From positions 5,990 through 69,989 of the forward strand of contig JBGSLG010000082.1 of the NCBI GenBank assembly GCA_041740815.1: a stretch of DNA of 64,000 nucleotides, written 5' to 3'. Numbering within the stretch: the first letter of the stretch is position 1; each line of letters starts with the position of its first letter. Shown piece after piece: positions 1 to 9,003 of the stretch. The translations under genes were made by a program, and so were the position numbers. Under the pieces are notes generated by a model. It was not told the origin of the DNA, did no database searches, and was given only the letters and a program-made list of their open reading frames with translations. The DNA is from Bacteroidales bacterium. Its GTDB lineage: Bacteria; Bacteroidota; Bacteroidia; Bacteroidales; VadinHA17.

Positions 1-560
1 CGGATTGTATTGTTAATTATCGTCATCGCAATCAGGAAGAGCAATGCACTGATCACCAGAAGAAAAGCAGTGATCTTCTTTACGTTGTCATTGATGAGGT
101 TAAGTATTGACTCCTGGTAATAAACCTCATCAACCACCGGATACTCAGATATGATCTTCTCCAGCTTAATAACACTGTCAGGATGAGTATAATCAGCCAG
201 CAGGTAAACATCTATCGTCGGCATCAGGGGATTATATCCAAGGAAATCAAGGAAATCTTCACCCAGTTCTTCGCTCAGTTTAACAGCTGCCTCGTCCTTG
301 GAGATATACTCCGTCTGCTTGACGTATGATTTGGCATCCAGCTCCTTCTGAAGCATCATGATGTCCGCCTCTCGCGCATCCTCTTTAAGCATTATGGTGA
401 ACGAGAGACTTTCACGGAAGTAGTCTGAGAGTTGCCGGGCATTGATCAGTACCATTCCCAGGATTCCGAGCAGAAACAGAACAAGAGATACACTAACAAC
501 CAGCGTGACATAAGAACTGCCTAACCTGTATCTGGATATCCCTCCGACTGTTTTTGCCAC
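1..560 (-). CDS. ftsX: FtsX-like permease, N-terminal part (3' end lies beyond the window start)
   Basis: Own minus-strand translation from GTG at 560: VAKTVGGISRYRLGSSYVTLVVSVSLVLFLLGILGMVLINAR... The layout is TM1, a periplasmic loop (YISKDEAAVKLSEELGEDFLDFLGYNPLMPTIDVYL), then TM2 (ITAFLLVISALLFLIAMTII). The frame is open to position 1. It is absent from the ORF track because it is truncated. Confidence 0.7.
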   Translation of the reverse strand, partial: MAKTVGGISRYRLGSSYVTLVVSVSLVLFLLGILGMVLINARQLSDYFRESLSFTIMLKEDAREADIMMLQKELDAKSYVKQTEYISKDEAAVKLSEELGEDFLDFLGYNPLMPTIDVYLLADYTHPDSVIKLEKIISEYPVVDEVYYQESILNLINDNVKKITAFLLVISALLFLIAMTIINNTI

Positions 561-674
561 TACTGAATCTTTGCGTCAAAAATAGTACAGAAACCGCCAA
601 TTCCTTCCACAGGCCGGCAATTTTTTCAGAATGTGCCCGGAATTACAAGAATAGCGGAATGCACCAGCGCAAGT

Positions 675-1697
675 TCAGGGCTCCACCACGGTCATCCAAC
701 CGAATTCGTCGGGCTCGTCGCCGTACTGAATTCCAACCAGCTTGTTGAATAGCTTCATTGTAACGGGTCCGGGATTGCCGTCTTTGCAGTATTCATAAAT
801 CTTCCCGGTGTCCGGATCGACTATCCTGGCGATCGGACTGATGACAGCAGCGGTACCGCAGGCACCAGTCTCTTCGAACTCCTCAAGCTCCTCAACCGGT
901 ATCCTACGTCTTTCGGTCTTTATCCCCATCTTTTCTGCTATCGCGATGAGACTCTTGTTTGTAATTGAAGGCAGAATCGAATCAGACTTAGGTGTTACGT
1001 ATGTATTGTTTTTTATGCCGAAGAAGTTAGCAGGACCGCACTCATCGATATATTTCTTTTCCAGTGCATCAAGGAAGAGCGCATTGCCATATCCTCCGTC
1101 ACGGGCTTTTACAATTGCCCTCAGGCTGGCGGCGTAGTTGCCCCCGACCTTTATGTTTCCCGTACCCAGCGGAGCAGCCCGGTCAACATCACGGCATATC
1201 ATCATGTTTACTGGTTTTATGCCACCTTTGAAGTATGGACCTACCGGGGTCACAAAAACCATGAATGTATATTCAGAAGCAGGCTTGACACCAACCTCAG
1301 CGCCACTGCCAAACAATAACGGCCTGATGTAAAGCGATGCACCCGATCCGTGGGGTGGAACAAACCGCTCATTTAGCCTGACTACAGTAAATACCGCCTC
1401 GCGGAACAGCTCAATGGGTACGGGCTCCATTAAAATTCCCCTGGCTGAATCTGTCATTCTCTTTGCATTCTCGTCCCAGCGGAATACCCTGACCTTGCCG
1501 TCGCGGCCCCTGTATGCCTTAAGACCTTCAAACGACTCTTGCCCATAATGCAGCCCCGTGGCTGCCATATGAACATTAAGATACTCTGAGTCAGATATTT
1601 CAGGCTTACTCCATGCTCCGTTGCGGAAGTAACACCTGACATTGTGATCAGTCTTGATATAACTAAAAGGCAGATTGTTCCAGTCTAAATTAACCAT
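675..1697 (-). CDS. ilvE: Branched-chain amino acid aminotransferase (fold type IV)
   Basis: 340 aa. N-terminus LPFSYIKTDHNVRCYFRNGAWS, then GLHYGQESFEGLKAYRGRDGKVRVFR and GTGNIKVGGNYAASL, typical of long-form BCAT. Confidence 0.9.
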   Translation of the reverse strand: MVNLDWNNLPFSYIKTDHNVRCYFRNGAWSKPEISDSEYLNVHMAATGLHYGQESFEGLKAYRGRDGKVRVFRWDENAKRMTDSARGILMEPVPIELFREAVFTVVRLNERFVPPHGSGASLYIRPLLFGSGAEVGVKPASEYTFMVFVTPVGPYFKGGIKPVNMMICRDVDRAAPLGTGNIKVGGNYAASLRAIVKARDGGYGNALFLDALEKKYIDECGPANFFGIKNNTYVTPKSDSILPSITNKSLIAIAEKMGIKTERRRIPVEELEEFEETGACGTAAVISPIARIVDPDTGKIYEYCKDGNPGPVTMKLFNKLVGIQYGDEPDEFGWMTVVEP

Positions 1698-1719
1698 GGT
1701 TGCAAGTATAAGGATTTTT

Positions 1720-1727
1720 CAAATGTA
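1720..1727 (-). promoter_or_regulatory. Bacteroidota -7 box (TAcaTTTG) for ilvE
   Basis: The reverse complement of caaatgta is tacatttg. It matches TAnnTTTG 23 nt upstream of the ilvE ATG. Confidence 0.45.
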
Positions 1728-1755
1728 CTCTTTATAACCACAGTACCAAATGATT

Positions 1756-3696
1756 TTAGATATTGTTGAGCTTCTCTCCGGTAAATGACTGGAGGGCATT
1801 GAGTTGCTCCTGCAGGGTAACCGATCTCAGTTTCCGCGCCGTCTCAGTGAGGAACTGGTTTTCTTCAATTCTGACAGCCAGATTACGGAACCACGATTTG
1901 GGATCATTTACCTTGCCGTAAGCCATTTCTTCACGGTAAAGCCTGTCAACCATTGTGACAAAATCTATCCTGCCGGTGAAGTCATATACTGCATCATGCA
2001 AAACCATTGCGGCGGCATTTTTCTGAACAGGAAGAAATGCAGAATCCATCAGCGCAATAACTGCATCGAGGGTCTGAGCTCCGAAACCGTAAACCGAGAG
2101 TATCTCCCCGGCTCTCTTGCGGGCGGCAGCCGGCGGATCATTATAGTCAAACGCATAGCCGAAGAAGATAAATACCGATGCCAGCCTGACATGAATATAA
2201 TCCTGGTCCTCCAGTTTCTCAGCCCTGGCCAGGAGGTCAGCCTGGAGACAAACACTCCGGATGTAATCAACACTGTGGAAAAAGAGATCGGGAGAGGCGA
2301 TCTCCGAATACTTTGTGAAAACATGCTCCTCTGCATCAAGAATACGGATCATCTCGATCTTCGTAAAGAATTTCCTGTTGGGCGAACCGTCAGGCTCACG
2401 AAGCTCCGGCCTTATACCCTTGACAAAATACATGTCGAGGTCGCCTTTGTACTTGACAGGCATCCTGCCCCGGTAATCACAGATGAAATATTCCTTTACA
2501 AACTCATAGGTTGTACCCGAGATATTTATCTTACCCGGCTCGCCTGATGATTCCATCCTGCTGGCTGTATTCACCGTGTCACCCCAGATGTCATACGTTA
2601 TCTTCTTGTGCCCCACAACACCCGCTATCACCGTACCTGTGTGAATGCCAATCCTGATATCCCAGAACCGTGCCGCGGTCTTTGCCGGATCATCCTTCAT
2701 AAACTGCATGTATTTCTGCATCTCAAGTGCAGCCAGGACTACCTCCACCGGGTTGGTCCTGTTCCTTTCAGGGATCCCTCCTGCGCACATATAGGCATCC
2801 CCGATGGTCTTTATCTTTTCAATCCTGTACTTCTCCGCAAGTGAATCGAATTGAAAAAAGAACCGGTCAAGCTCATCAATCAGAACCTCCGGGTTCATCT
2901 CCTCTGCAATCCGGGTAAACCCCTGTATATCAGAAAAAAGAACCGTTACAAAATTGTACTTCGTCTTCGCCGCCTTCCCTTTAGACATGATCTCCTGGGC
3001 CGTACCTTTGGGAAGCATATTTGCCAGTAGATTGTCCGATTTTTCCTTCTCGTGCTGAAGCTCCTCCGTTCGCTCTGCGATGAGCTCCTCGAGACGTTTC
3101 TGCCTCTCCTTGAACAGACGGTGAGTACGGACGCGCATCATCATTCCTGCAAGAATCAGAAGAAGTGGATAAATAATCCATGCAAGGGGAGATAGGTACC
3201 ACGGTGCCTTTACCCGGAAACTGAATGAACCCTCGCCGGCTGCGTTACTTGTCGTGTCAACCCCGCCGGACGATTCACCGCCGCCATCCTCCTCATCCAC
3301 GCCAGCCCTGTCAGCACCACCGGCAGTTTCACCGCCGCCATCCTCTCTGTACCGGTATCTGAATGTATAATTCCCCCGGTCAAGGTTAGTATATTCCTTA
3401 TAACTCCGAGCATCCCAAGCGGTCCAGTCGTTGTCCGGACCTTTCATGTAAAAAGAATATTCAGTGGCCTCTCCCTTTTCCATTAAGAAGACAATTCCTT
3501 CATGATAAACGAGAACGGGCTTTTCCTCTGCGGCAGCTACCGCCTCGCCGGAGCGGTATAAAAAAACTTCAGTAATCTTTCCCCTGCCCGGCAGAATATT
3601 ATCAGGATCCGTAACTGCATTCACAGATTGACCACATACTCCCCCTGACAGAATGAGAGAGAGCAGAACACAACCGCGGAATAAAATGCCCGTCAT
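1756..3696 (-). CDS. Membrane-bound class III adenylate/guanylate cyclase with a Y_Y_Y-like extracytoplasmic domain and a degenerate HD-like C-terminal domain
   Basis: 646 aa. Signal peptide ending GGVCG|Q. Y_Y_Y-like segment (YSFYMKGPDNDWTAW...NLDRGNYTFRYRY...FSFRVKAPWY). One TM helix. Cyclase core FVTVLFSDIQGFT...IKTIGDAYMCAGG...IRIGIHTGTVIAGVVG...DIWGDTVNTASRMES. The C-terminal domain aligns to the HD domain of 6744..8138 but lacks the His/Asp residues. Confidence 0.85.
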   Translation of the reverse strand: MTGILFRGCVLLSLILSGGVCGQSVNAVTDPDNILPGRGKITEVFLYRSGEAVAAAEEKPVLVYHEGIVFLMEKGEATEYSFYMKGPDNDWTAWDARSYKEYTNLDRGNYTFRYRYREDGGGETAGGADRAGVDEEDGGGESSGGVDTTSNAAGEGSFSFRVKAPWYLSPLAWIIYPLLLILAGMMMRVRTHRLFKERQKRLEELIAERTEELQHEKEKSDNLLANMLPKGTAQEIMSKGKAAKTKYNFVTVLFSDIQGFTRIAEEMNPEVLIDELDRFFFQFDSLAEKYRIEKIKTIGDAYMCAGGIPERNRTNPVEVVLAALEMQKYMQFMKDDPAKTAARFWDIRIGIHTGTVIAGVVGHKKITYDIWGDTVNTASRMESSGEPGKINISGTTYEFVKEYFICDYRGRMPVKYKGDLDMYFVKGIRPELREPDGSPNRKFFTKIEMIRILDAEEHVFTKYSEIASPDLFFHSVDYIRSVCLQADLLARAEKLEDQDYIHVRLASVFIFFGYAFDYNDPPAAARKRAGEILSVYGFGAQTLDAVIALMDSAFLPVQKNAAAMVLHDAVYDFTGRIDFVTMVDRLYREEMAYGKVNDPKSWFRNLAVRIEENQFLTETARKLRSVTLQEQLNALQSFTGEKLNNI

Positions 3697-3722
3697 AGGA
3701 AACTGAAATTGTCTGATCTATA

Positions 3723-3730
3723 CAAAAATA
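3723..3730 (-). promoter_or_regulatory. -7 box (TAttTTTG) for the cyclase gene 1756..3696
   Basis: The reverse complement of caaaaata is tatttttg, 27 nt upstream of the ATG at 3696. Confidence 0.4.
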
Positions 3731-3785
3731 AACTATTATTTCGCTGTTTTGGTATACCGGTACGGTATGGTACAGATGCATTGAT

Positions 3786-3793
3786 TAATTTTG
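3786..3793 (+). promoter_or_regulatory. -7 box (TAatTTTG) for rdgB
   Basis: taattttg lies 21 nt upstream of the ATG at 3814. It sits inside the longer track ORF (3709), which argues for the shorter start. Confidence 0.45.
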
Positions 3794-3813
3794 CCCTTTA
3801 TTACAACCCTTTC

Positions 3814-4395
3814 ATGGAACTGGTATTCGCTACAAACAATAAACATAAAATCAGGGAGATAAGTGATCTTCTTGATGAGAACTTCAGGATTCTCGGCCTG
3901 GCTGATGTGAAGATAACCGAAGAGATCCCTGAAGAGGCTGATACTCTGGAGGAGAATGCTCTTTTCAAGGCGAGGTACGTCTTTGAAAGAACCGGCCTGA
4001 ATGTATTCGCAGATGACACCGGACTGGAGACGGACGCCCTTGACGGAGCACCGGGCGTCTATTCAGCAAGATATGCCGGCGAAGGGAGGAGCTTCGATGA
4101 CAATATCAATAAGCTTTTAACCCAGCTTGAGGGAAAGGATAATCGCAGTGCCCGGTTCAGGACAGTCATTGCCCTGATCCTCGACGGCAGAGAATACCTG
4201 TTTGAGGGGAGAGTTGAAGGTGAGATCATTAGTGAAAGAAAAGGTACCGGTGGTTTCGGATATGACCCTGTCTTCCTGGCCCGGGGATACGACCGGACAT
4301 TCGCCGAGATCCCCCTTGCGGAAAAAAACAAGATATCACACAGAGCCCTGGCCATGAGAAAACTGCTCTCATTCCTTAAAGAGAGACCGCTGTAA
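3814..4395 (+). CDS. rdgB: Non-canonical purine NTP pyrophosphatase (RdgB/HAM1 family)
   Basis: From the internal ATG: MELVFATNNKHKIREI...FADDTGLETDALDGAPGVYSARYAG...GTGGFGYDPVF...ISHRA. The start was moved from 3709 to 3814 because the family starts at M-x-[LI]-V-F-A-T-N and a -7 box precedes it. Confidence 0.85.
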   Translation: MELVFATNNKHKIREISDLLDENFRILGLADVKITEEIPEEADTLEENALFKARYVFERTGLNVFADDTGLETDALDGAPGVYSARYAGEGRSFDDNINKLLTQLEGKDNRSARFRTVIALILDGREYLFEGRVEGEIISERKGTGGFGYDPVFLARGYDRTFAEIPLAEKNKISHRALAMRKLLSFLKERPL

Positions 4396-4427
4396 CGGGA
4401 AATTACCCGTGCAGCACTTAAAGTATA

Positions 4428-6743
4428 ATGAGGAGGATCATAACAACAACTGCAATCCTGGCCATCTCCCTTTTCATCCGTGGACAGGGGGGAGTAGGAT
4501 CGTGGAATGACCGTCTTTCATACAGTTCATCATTTTCTGTTACTGCAGGCGGAGACAAAATCTGGTCTTCTGCCGGCGCATCGATTCTTGTTCATGATAT
4601 ACCCTCCGGAAAATCATCCTCCCTTTCGAGGGTGTCAGGATTGAATGAGACAGCCATCGGACTCATAGAATGGTGCGGTGATGAAGAGACACTGATAGTT
4701 GTGTATAACAATACCGGCGTTGACCTGGTAAAGAATGGAGTTGTCACCAATATCCCCGACATCAAAAATAAATATATCCCCGGGCTCAAGGAGATTTATG
4801 ATGTAACAGTCTCGGGCAGCCGGGCCCTTTTGTCAGGCAGTTTCGGTATTGTGGTGCTTGACATCAGGGGAAGATATGTGGCTGACACCTGGCGACCGGG
4901 GCCTGACGGTGAAACAAACCCGGTCCGCGAAACGGCAATCCTCAATGACCGCGTCTATGCCGCCACCTCAAAAGGGGTATTTTCCGCACCCCTGAACCGT
5001 CCCGGACTATCATACTCCGGCAACTGGGACCTGCTGGAGGGATTGCCTGACCCGGCGTCAGAATATGACAATGTTGCCGCTGCGGGACCGGCACTGTTCA
5101 TAAGCAGAAAAGGATTATCACCGTCTCCGGATTCGTTGTTCCGCATTATCCCCGGACAGGTTGCCACCCTCATTACAACCGCTCCGGCAGGTACAATCAG
5201 GTCACTCGACAGCGACGGTGACGGCGACAGCGTCGGCACATCAGTAGTTATGTCAACATCCTCTTCCCTGATAATCTTTTCTCCAGAGGGTACTGTCACC
5301 AGGGAGATAACAGGTTACGGCTGGGCCTCCGTCAATCCCCGCATGGCAGTAATCCGCGGGCAGAGCCTCTGGATAGCCGATGCATCTGCCGGCCTCGTTT
5401 CTACATCAGACTACAGCACCTTCCGGAATCATACAATCCCGGGACCCTATACAAATAATGTTGCAGACATCCATTTCTCGGGTGATAATTTCTATGTCAC
5501 CGGAGGAACTGTAGACAATGCATGGGGAAATGTGTACAGGCCCCTTCAGATCTTTACAGGCGCTGATGACACATGGCAGAGCATCATTCTTTACGGAGAT
5601 GCCGACAGGGATGCCATGAGAGTTGTAGCTGACCCGACAGACGAAAATCACTTTTTTGTCTCATCGTGGGGCAACGGTCTCTATGAATTCAGAGAGGGTG
5701 AGATGGTAAATAACTTCAACCAGTATAACTCTCCCCTGGCCAGCATATTACCGGGAGAGAATTATTCACGCATTTGCGGACTGGCATATGACAGGTCGGG
5801 AAACCTGTGGATGACCCAGTCAGGCGTGCCGGGTAACCTGAAAGCCCTGACCCCTGACGGTACCTGGATCACCCCGTCACTTAACCTGAACGTGCCGGTA
5901 ACGGGAGACATGGTAACAGACCGCAACGACTTCATCTGGGTGATTCTGCCACGCGGTAACGGACTGCTGGTTTATGACCCGGCCGGCACGCCCGAAACAG
6001 TTTCAGATGACAGGTATCTCAGAATTCAGGCGGAAGACACCGAGGGGCATGTGATGAATAACCTCTTTGCAATTTCCACTGACAGTGACGGGAACATCTG
6101 GATCGGAACAGACACCGGACCTGCAGTGTTTTATAACCCCGGGAAAGTATTCTCGGGCGGACTGAAGGCCTCGAGAATTAAAATCCCGAGAAACGACGGA
6201 TCCGGGCTTGCTGACTGGCTTCTTGGCACAGAGACAGTCACATCCATTGCCATTGACGGTGCAAACAGGAAGTGGTTCGGAACAATGAGCTCAGGAGCCT
6301 ATCTGATGTCAGACGACGCTAAGAAGGAACTGCTTCACTTCAACAGCTCCAACAGCCCCCTTCTGTCTGACAATATTGTCAGGATAGCCATCAACGGACT
6401 CTCCGGCGAGGTATGGTTCGGCACATCCGAAGGCATAATTTCTTTCCGCGGTGAGGCTACAGCAGGCAAAGAAGATTATTCGGGAATTTATGCTTTCCCC
6501 AACCCGGTCAGGGAGGATTATGAAGGAGTTGTGACCGTGACAGGTCTCATTGAAAATTCATCGGTAAAGATCACTGACGTAAGCGGGAACCGTGTTTATG
6601 AGACCACCTCCCTCGGGGGGCAGGTTACCTGGGACCTTCACAACTACCGCTCCGTCAGGGTGTCTACCGGAGTCTATCTCATCTTCTGCGCCAATGAAGA
6701 CGGGAGTCTTGCCGCAGTCACCAAGGTGTTGGTAATCAGATGA
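4428..6743 (+). CDS. porZ: PorZ-like T9SS component (double beta-propeller plus type A C-terminal sorting domain)
   Basis: 771 aa. Signal peptide (..FIRG|Q). Reg_prop-type repeats (GNIWIGTDTGPAVF, RKWFGTMSSGAYLM, GEVWFGTSEGIISF). C-terminal sorting domain ..GVYLIFCANEDGSLAAVTKVLVIR. Size and architecture match PorZ. Confidence 0.55.
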   Translation: MRRIITTTAILAISLFIRGQGGVGSWNDRLSYSSSFSVTAGGDKIWSSAGASILVHDIPSGKSSSLSRVSGLNETAIGLIEWCGDEETLIVVYNNTGVDLVKNGVVTNIPDIKNKYIPGLKEIYDVTVSGSRALLSGSFGIVVLDIRGRYVADTWRPGPDGETNPVRETAILNDRVYAATSKGVFSAPLNRPGLSYSGNWDLLEGLPDPASEYDNVAAAGPALFISRKGLSPSPDSLFRIIPGQVATLITTAPAGTIRSLDSDGDGDSVGTSVVMSTSSSLIIFSPEGTVTREITGYGWASVNPRMAVIRGQSLWIADASAGLVSTSDYSTFRNHTIPGPYTNNVADIHFSGDNFYVTGGTVDNAWGNVYRPLQIFTGADDTWQSIILYGDADRDAMRVVADPTDENHFFVSSWGNGLYEFREGEMVNNFNQYNSPLASILPGENYSRICGLAYDRSGNLWMTQSGVPGNLKALTPDGTWITPSLNLNVPVTGDMVTDRNDFIWVILPRGNGLLVYDPAGTPETVSDDRYLRIQAEDTEGHVMNNLFAISTDSDGNIWIGTDTGPAVFYNPGKVFSGGLKASRIKIPRNDGSGLADWLLGTETVTSIAIDGANRKWFGTMSSGAYLMSDDAKKELLHFNSSNSPLLSDNIVRIAINGLSGEVWFGTSEGIISFRGEATAGKEDYSGIYAFPNPVREDYEGVVTVTGLIENSSVKITDVSGNRVYETTSLGGQVTWDLHNYRSVRVSTGVYLIFCANEDGSLAAVTKVLVIR

Positions 6744-8138
6744 TCACCCTTCAGTGATCAGACTCTGTATCCTCTCAATCTGCAGCTTCTTATTCACCTC
6801 CCTGAGACTGCGGGCAGTGGCGGTGAAATACTGGTGGCCCGAGATGAATTTCACCTGCATCTTGTTCCAGTCGTTCAGGTTCGTGATCTTGTCCTGCGCC
6901 TTCAACTCCTCGAAAAGAGTGTTTGAAACAGGAATAAAATCACTTCTCCCAAGGTAATCGAGATCGGAGTCACATATGATCTGTTCAAGCAGGTCGGCAG
7001 GACGTGGAGGCAGCTTGGTTGACATGATAATACTGCAAATCCTGTCAATCTGCTTACCGGAATAGCCGTAACCGGGCAGCATCTCCCGGGCCAGAATCGT
7101 ACCCTGATATTCATGATCATCATACGAGACAGAATGCCCCGCATCATGAAAGAGAGCAGCAGTCTTCAGCAGAAGTATCTCCTCGTCATTACATCCTTCT
7201 GCCCATCCGATAAGCTCAACCTCCGTAACCACATCAACCGTGTGCTTGACATTATGATAAAAGAGAAACTCAGGCAATTCCCGCTCAAGCTTGTCCAGAA
7301 TAATCTCCTGTATGTCAGTGAACTGTATTAACCCGAATTTGATTCTGAACGCCTCATTGGGTATGAACCCGCGGCCGTCAACGGATAACTCCGGAAGCAG
7401 ACCCTTAACCTTGTACATCTGAATGCTGCCTGTATATTTCACAGGCAGTTTCCCGAAATACTCACAGTGGAAAAATTCCTTGACCAGTTCGTAGGTCATA
7501 ACCGAGATCAGGATTGAGTCCTTATCCGAGACGTTCTCTATGCGGCTTGCCGTATTTACAGCACGACCCTTGATGTCGTAAGAGACTTTGTTTTTGCCTG
7601 ACAGGGAGGCAGTTACCGGTCCCGTATGAATACCTGTCTTCAGATTCCATATCCTGTCATCGGCTCTCTTGCCTGACTCATAATTCTTCAGGAAGTGTCT
7701 GATCTCCACCGCGGCCATAACAACCTCCACCGGGTTAGTAATATTCTTTGATGGTATCCCGCCGGCACACATCAGTGTGTCACCGATAGACCTTATCTTC
7801 TCGACATGATATTTCCCGATTATCTTATCGAATTCCAGAAAGACCTCATCAAGTTCATCCATTATCCTCGAAGAATCCATGTCTTCCACCAGTTTTGAAA
7901 AACCGTGGATATCGGCGAACAGCACCGTGACCATGTTGTATCTGGCCGACTTATCTTCCTCACCGGTTTTTACTCCCGGAAGTTCAGTCCGTTCAACCAG
8001 TAGCCGGTACCTCTCGTTCATTTCCAGAATCTTCCCCTTCTCCCGCTCAAGCTTCTTAACCAGCTCCTCAAGCTCTTTATTCTGACGGGTGAGCTTGGCT
8101 ATGCGTTTGAGTAGCTGATCCTTTGATCTTGAATCCAT
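6744..8138 (-). CDS. Cytoplasmic class III adenylate/guanylate cyclase fused to an intact HD phosphohydrolase domain
   Basis: 464 aa. N-terminal coiled coil. Cyclase core MVTVLFADIHGFS...IRSIGDTLMCAGG...TGIHTGPVTASLSG...DIKGRAVNTASRIE. HD signature YHNVKH...AALFHDAGH...CDSDLDYLG. Confidence 0.85.
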   Translation of the reverse strand: MDSRSKDQLLKRIAKLTRQNKELEELVKKLEREKGKILEMNERYRLLVERTELPGVKTGEEDKSARYNMVTVLFADIHGFSKLVEDMDSSRIMDELDEVFLEFDKIIGKYHVEKIRSIGDTLMCAGGIPSKNITNPVEVVMAAVEIRHFLKNYESGKRADDRIWNLKTGIHTGPVTASLSGKNKVSYDIKGRAVNTASRIENVSDKDSILISVMTYELVKEFFHCEYFGKLPVKYTGSIQMYKVKGLLPELSVDGRGFIPNEAFRIKFGLIQFTDIQEIILDKLERELPEFLFYHNVKHTVDVVTEVELIGWAEGCNDEEILLLKTAALFHDAGHSVSYDDHEYQGTILAREMLPGYGYSGKQIDRICSIIMSTKLPPRPADLLEQIICDSDLDYLGRSDFIPVSNTLFEELKAQDKITNLNDWNKMQVKFISGHQYFTATARSLREVNKKLQIERIQSLITEG

Positions 8139-8155
8139 GTTCTGAAATTGAAGAG

Positions 8156-8163
8156 CAAATATA
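8156..8163 (-). promoter_or_regulatory. -7 box (TAtaTTTG) for the cyclase-HD gene 6744..8138
   Basis: The reverse complement of caaatata is tatatttg, 18 nt upstream of the ATG at 8138. Confidence 0.45.
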
Positions 8164-8214
8164 CAAAATTTAAGTCTGTCCCCTGACGTGCAATGTGCTG
8201 TCAGGAAACTTTAA

Positions 8215-8222
8215 TACATTTG
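8215..8222 (+). promoter_or_regulatory. -7 box (TAcaTTTG) for recO
   Basis: tacatttg lies 18 nt upstream of the ATG at 8240, inside the longer track ORF starting at 8195. Confidence 0.45.
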
Positions 8223-8239
8223 GTTTCAGGTTTCTTGTA

Positions 8240-8962
8240 ATGCTGGTAAAGACCAAAGCCGTCCTTCTTCATCATGTCCGTTATGCAGACAACTCCCTGA
8301 TTGCGCATTTCTATACGCAGGAATACGGCAGATTGTCTGTTATGGTCAAAGGAATCTCCTCCGGAAAGAGAGGGGTCCGGTTCAATTATTTCCAGCCACT
8401 GAATATTTTCAATATCGAACTTTACCATTATGAAAACAGGGAGTTGCACATCCTGAAAGAGATGAGTCTCGCTTTCATCCCCAAAACTATTCCCGGGGAT
8501 ATCCAACGCACCACCGTGGCAATGTTTATCAGTGAGATCCTGTACAATATCATAAGGGAGGAAGACGCAAACCGTATGCTCTATGAATTCATTGAATCAT
8601 CCGTCATCACCCTTGACGGAATGACTGCCGGGACAAGCAATTTTCACCTGTGGTTTCTCGTGGCGTTCATGGATTATGCCGGGATTGGTCCGTCACATAC
8701 TTCACTGCAGGAGTGTTACTTTGATATGCTTTCCGGTCAGTTCACGTCACAGCAGCCACTTCACCCCGACTATCTTGAGCCGCGCAGCGCCGGCATTCTC
8801 AACAGACTGTTGAAGATGCCGGCTGAACAGGTCAGTTCATTGCAACTCTCCGGAGAAGAGCGGACTGAACTGCTGGCAAGGATCCTGAAATACTATCACC
8901 TGCACCTCGAGGGAATAAGACAAATCAAATCACTTCAGGTCCTGAAGGATATTTTCAGATGA
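8240..8962 (+). CDS. recO: DNA repair protein RecO
   Basis: MLVKTKAVLLHHVRYADNSLIAHFYTQEYGRLSVMVKG is a typical RecO OB-fold N-terminus. About 240 aa. The start was chosen at the internal ATG behind the -7 box. Confidence 0.8.
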   Translation: MLVKTKAVLLHHVRYADNSLIAHFYTQEYGRLSVMVKGISSGKRGVRFNYFQPLNIFNIELYHYENRELHILKEMSLAFIPKTIPGDIQRTTVAMFISEILYNIIREEDANRMLYEFIESSVITLDGMTAGTSNFHLWFLVAFMDYAGIGPSHTSLQECYFDMLSGQFTSQQPLHPDYLEPRSAGILNRLLKMPAEQVSSLQLSGEERTELLARILKYYHLHLEGIRQIKSLQVLKDIFR

Positions 8963-8980
8963 AGAGAATCAGTCTTTAGC

Positions 8981-8988
8981 TATCTTTG
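8981..8988 (+). promoter_or_regulatory. -7 box (TAtcTTTG) for the GH3-family gene
   Basis: tatctttg lies 16 nt upstream of the ATG at 9004. Confidence 0.45.
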
Positions 8989-9003
8989 TAAAAAATCTGA
9001 TAA

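Noticed and set aside
554-748. A 64-aa plus-strand ORF in the ftsX-ilvE spacer, and similar ORFs of 60-100 aa throughout the track.
   Set aside because: It overlaps the ilvE 3' end, has Arg-rich low-complexity composition, and has no promoter box or family resemblance.
1804-2547. A 247-aa plus-strand ORF.
   Set aside because: It is entirely antisense to the well-supported cyclase gene 1756..3696. The sequence is low-complexity and Arg/Ile-rich with no recognisable motifs.
3709-3813. N-terminal extensions of track ORFs. This applies to rdgB here, recO (8195..8239), the acyltransferase (41131..41262), the GNAT gene (42761..42883), paralog B (50021..50092), the HAD gene (55882..55911) and csbD (61165..61203).
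   Set aside because: For rdgB, recO, the acyltransferase and the GNAT gene, a TAnnTTTG -7 box lies inside the extension. For paralog B, the gdhA terminator hairpin lies inside it. For the HAD gene and csbD, the family-typical N-terminus begins at the internal ATG, which was preferred.
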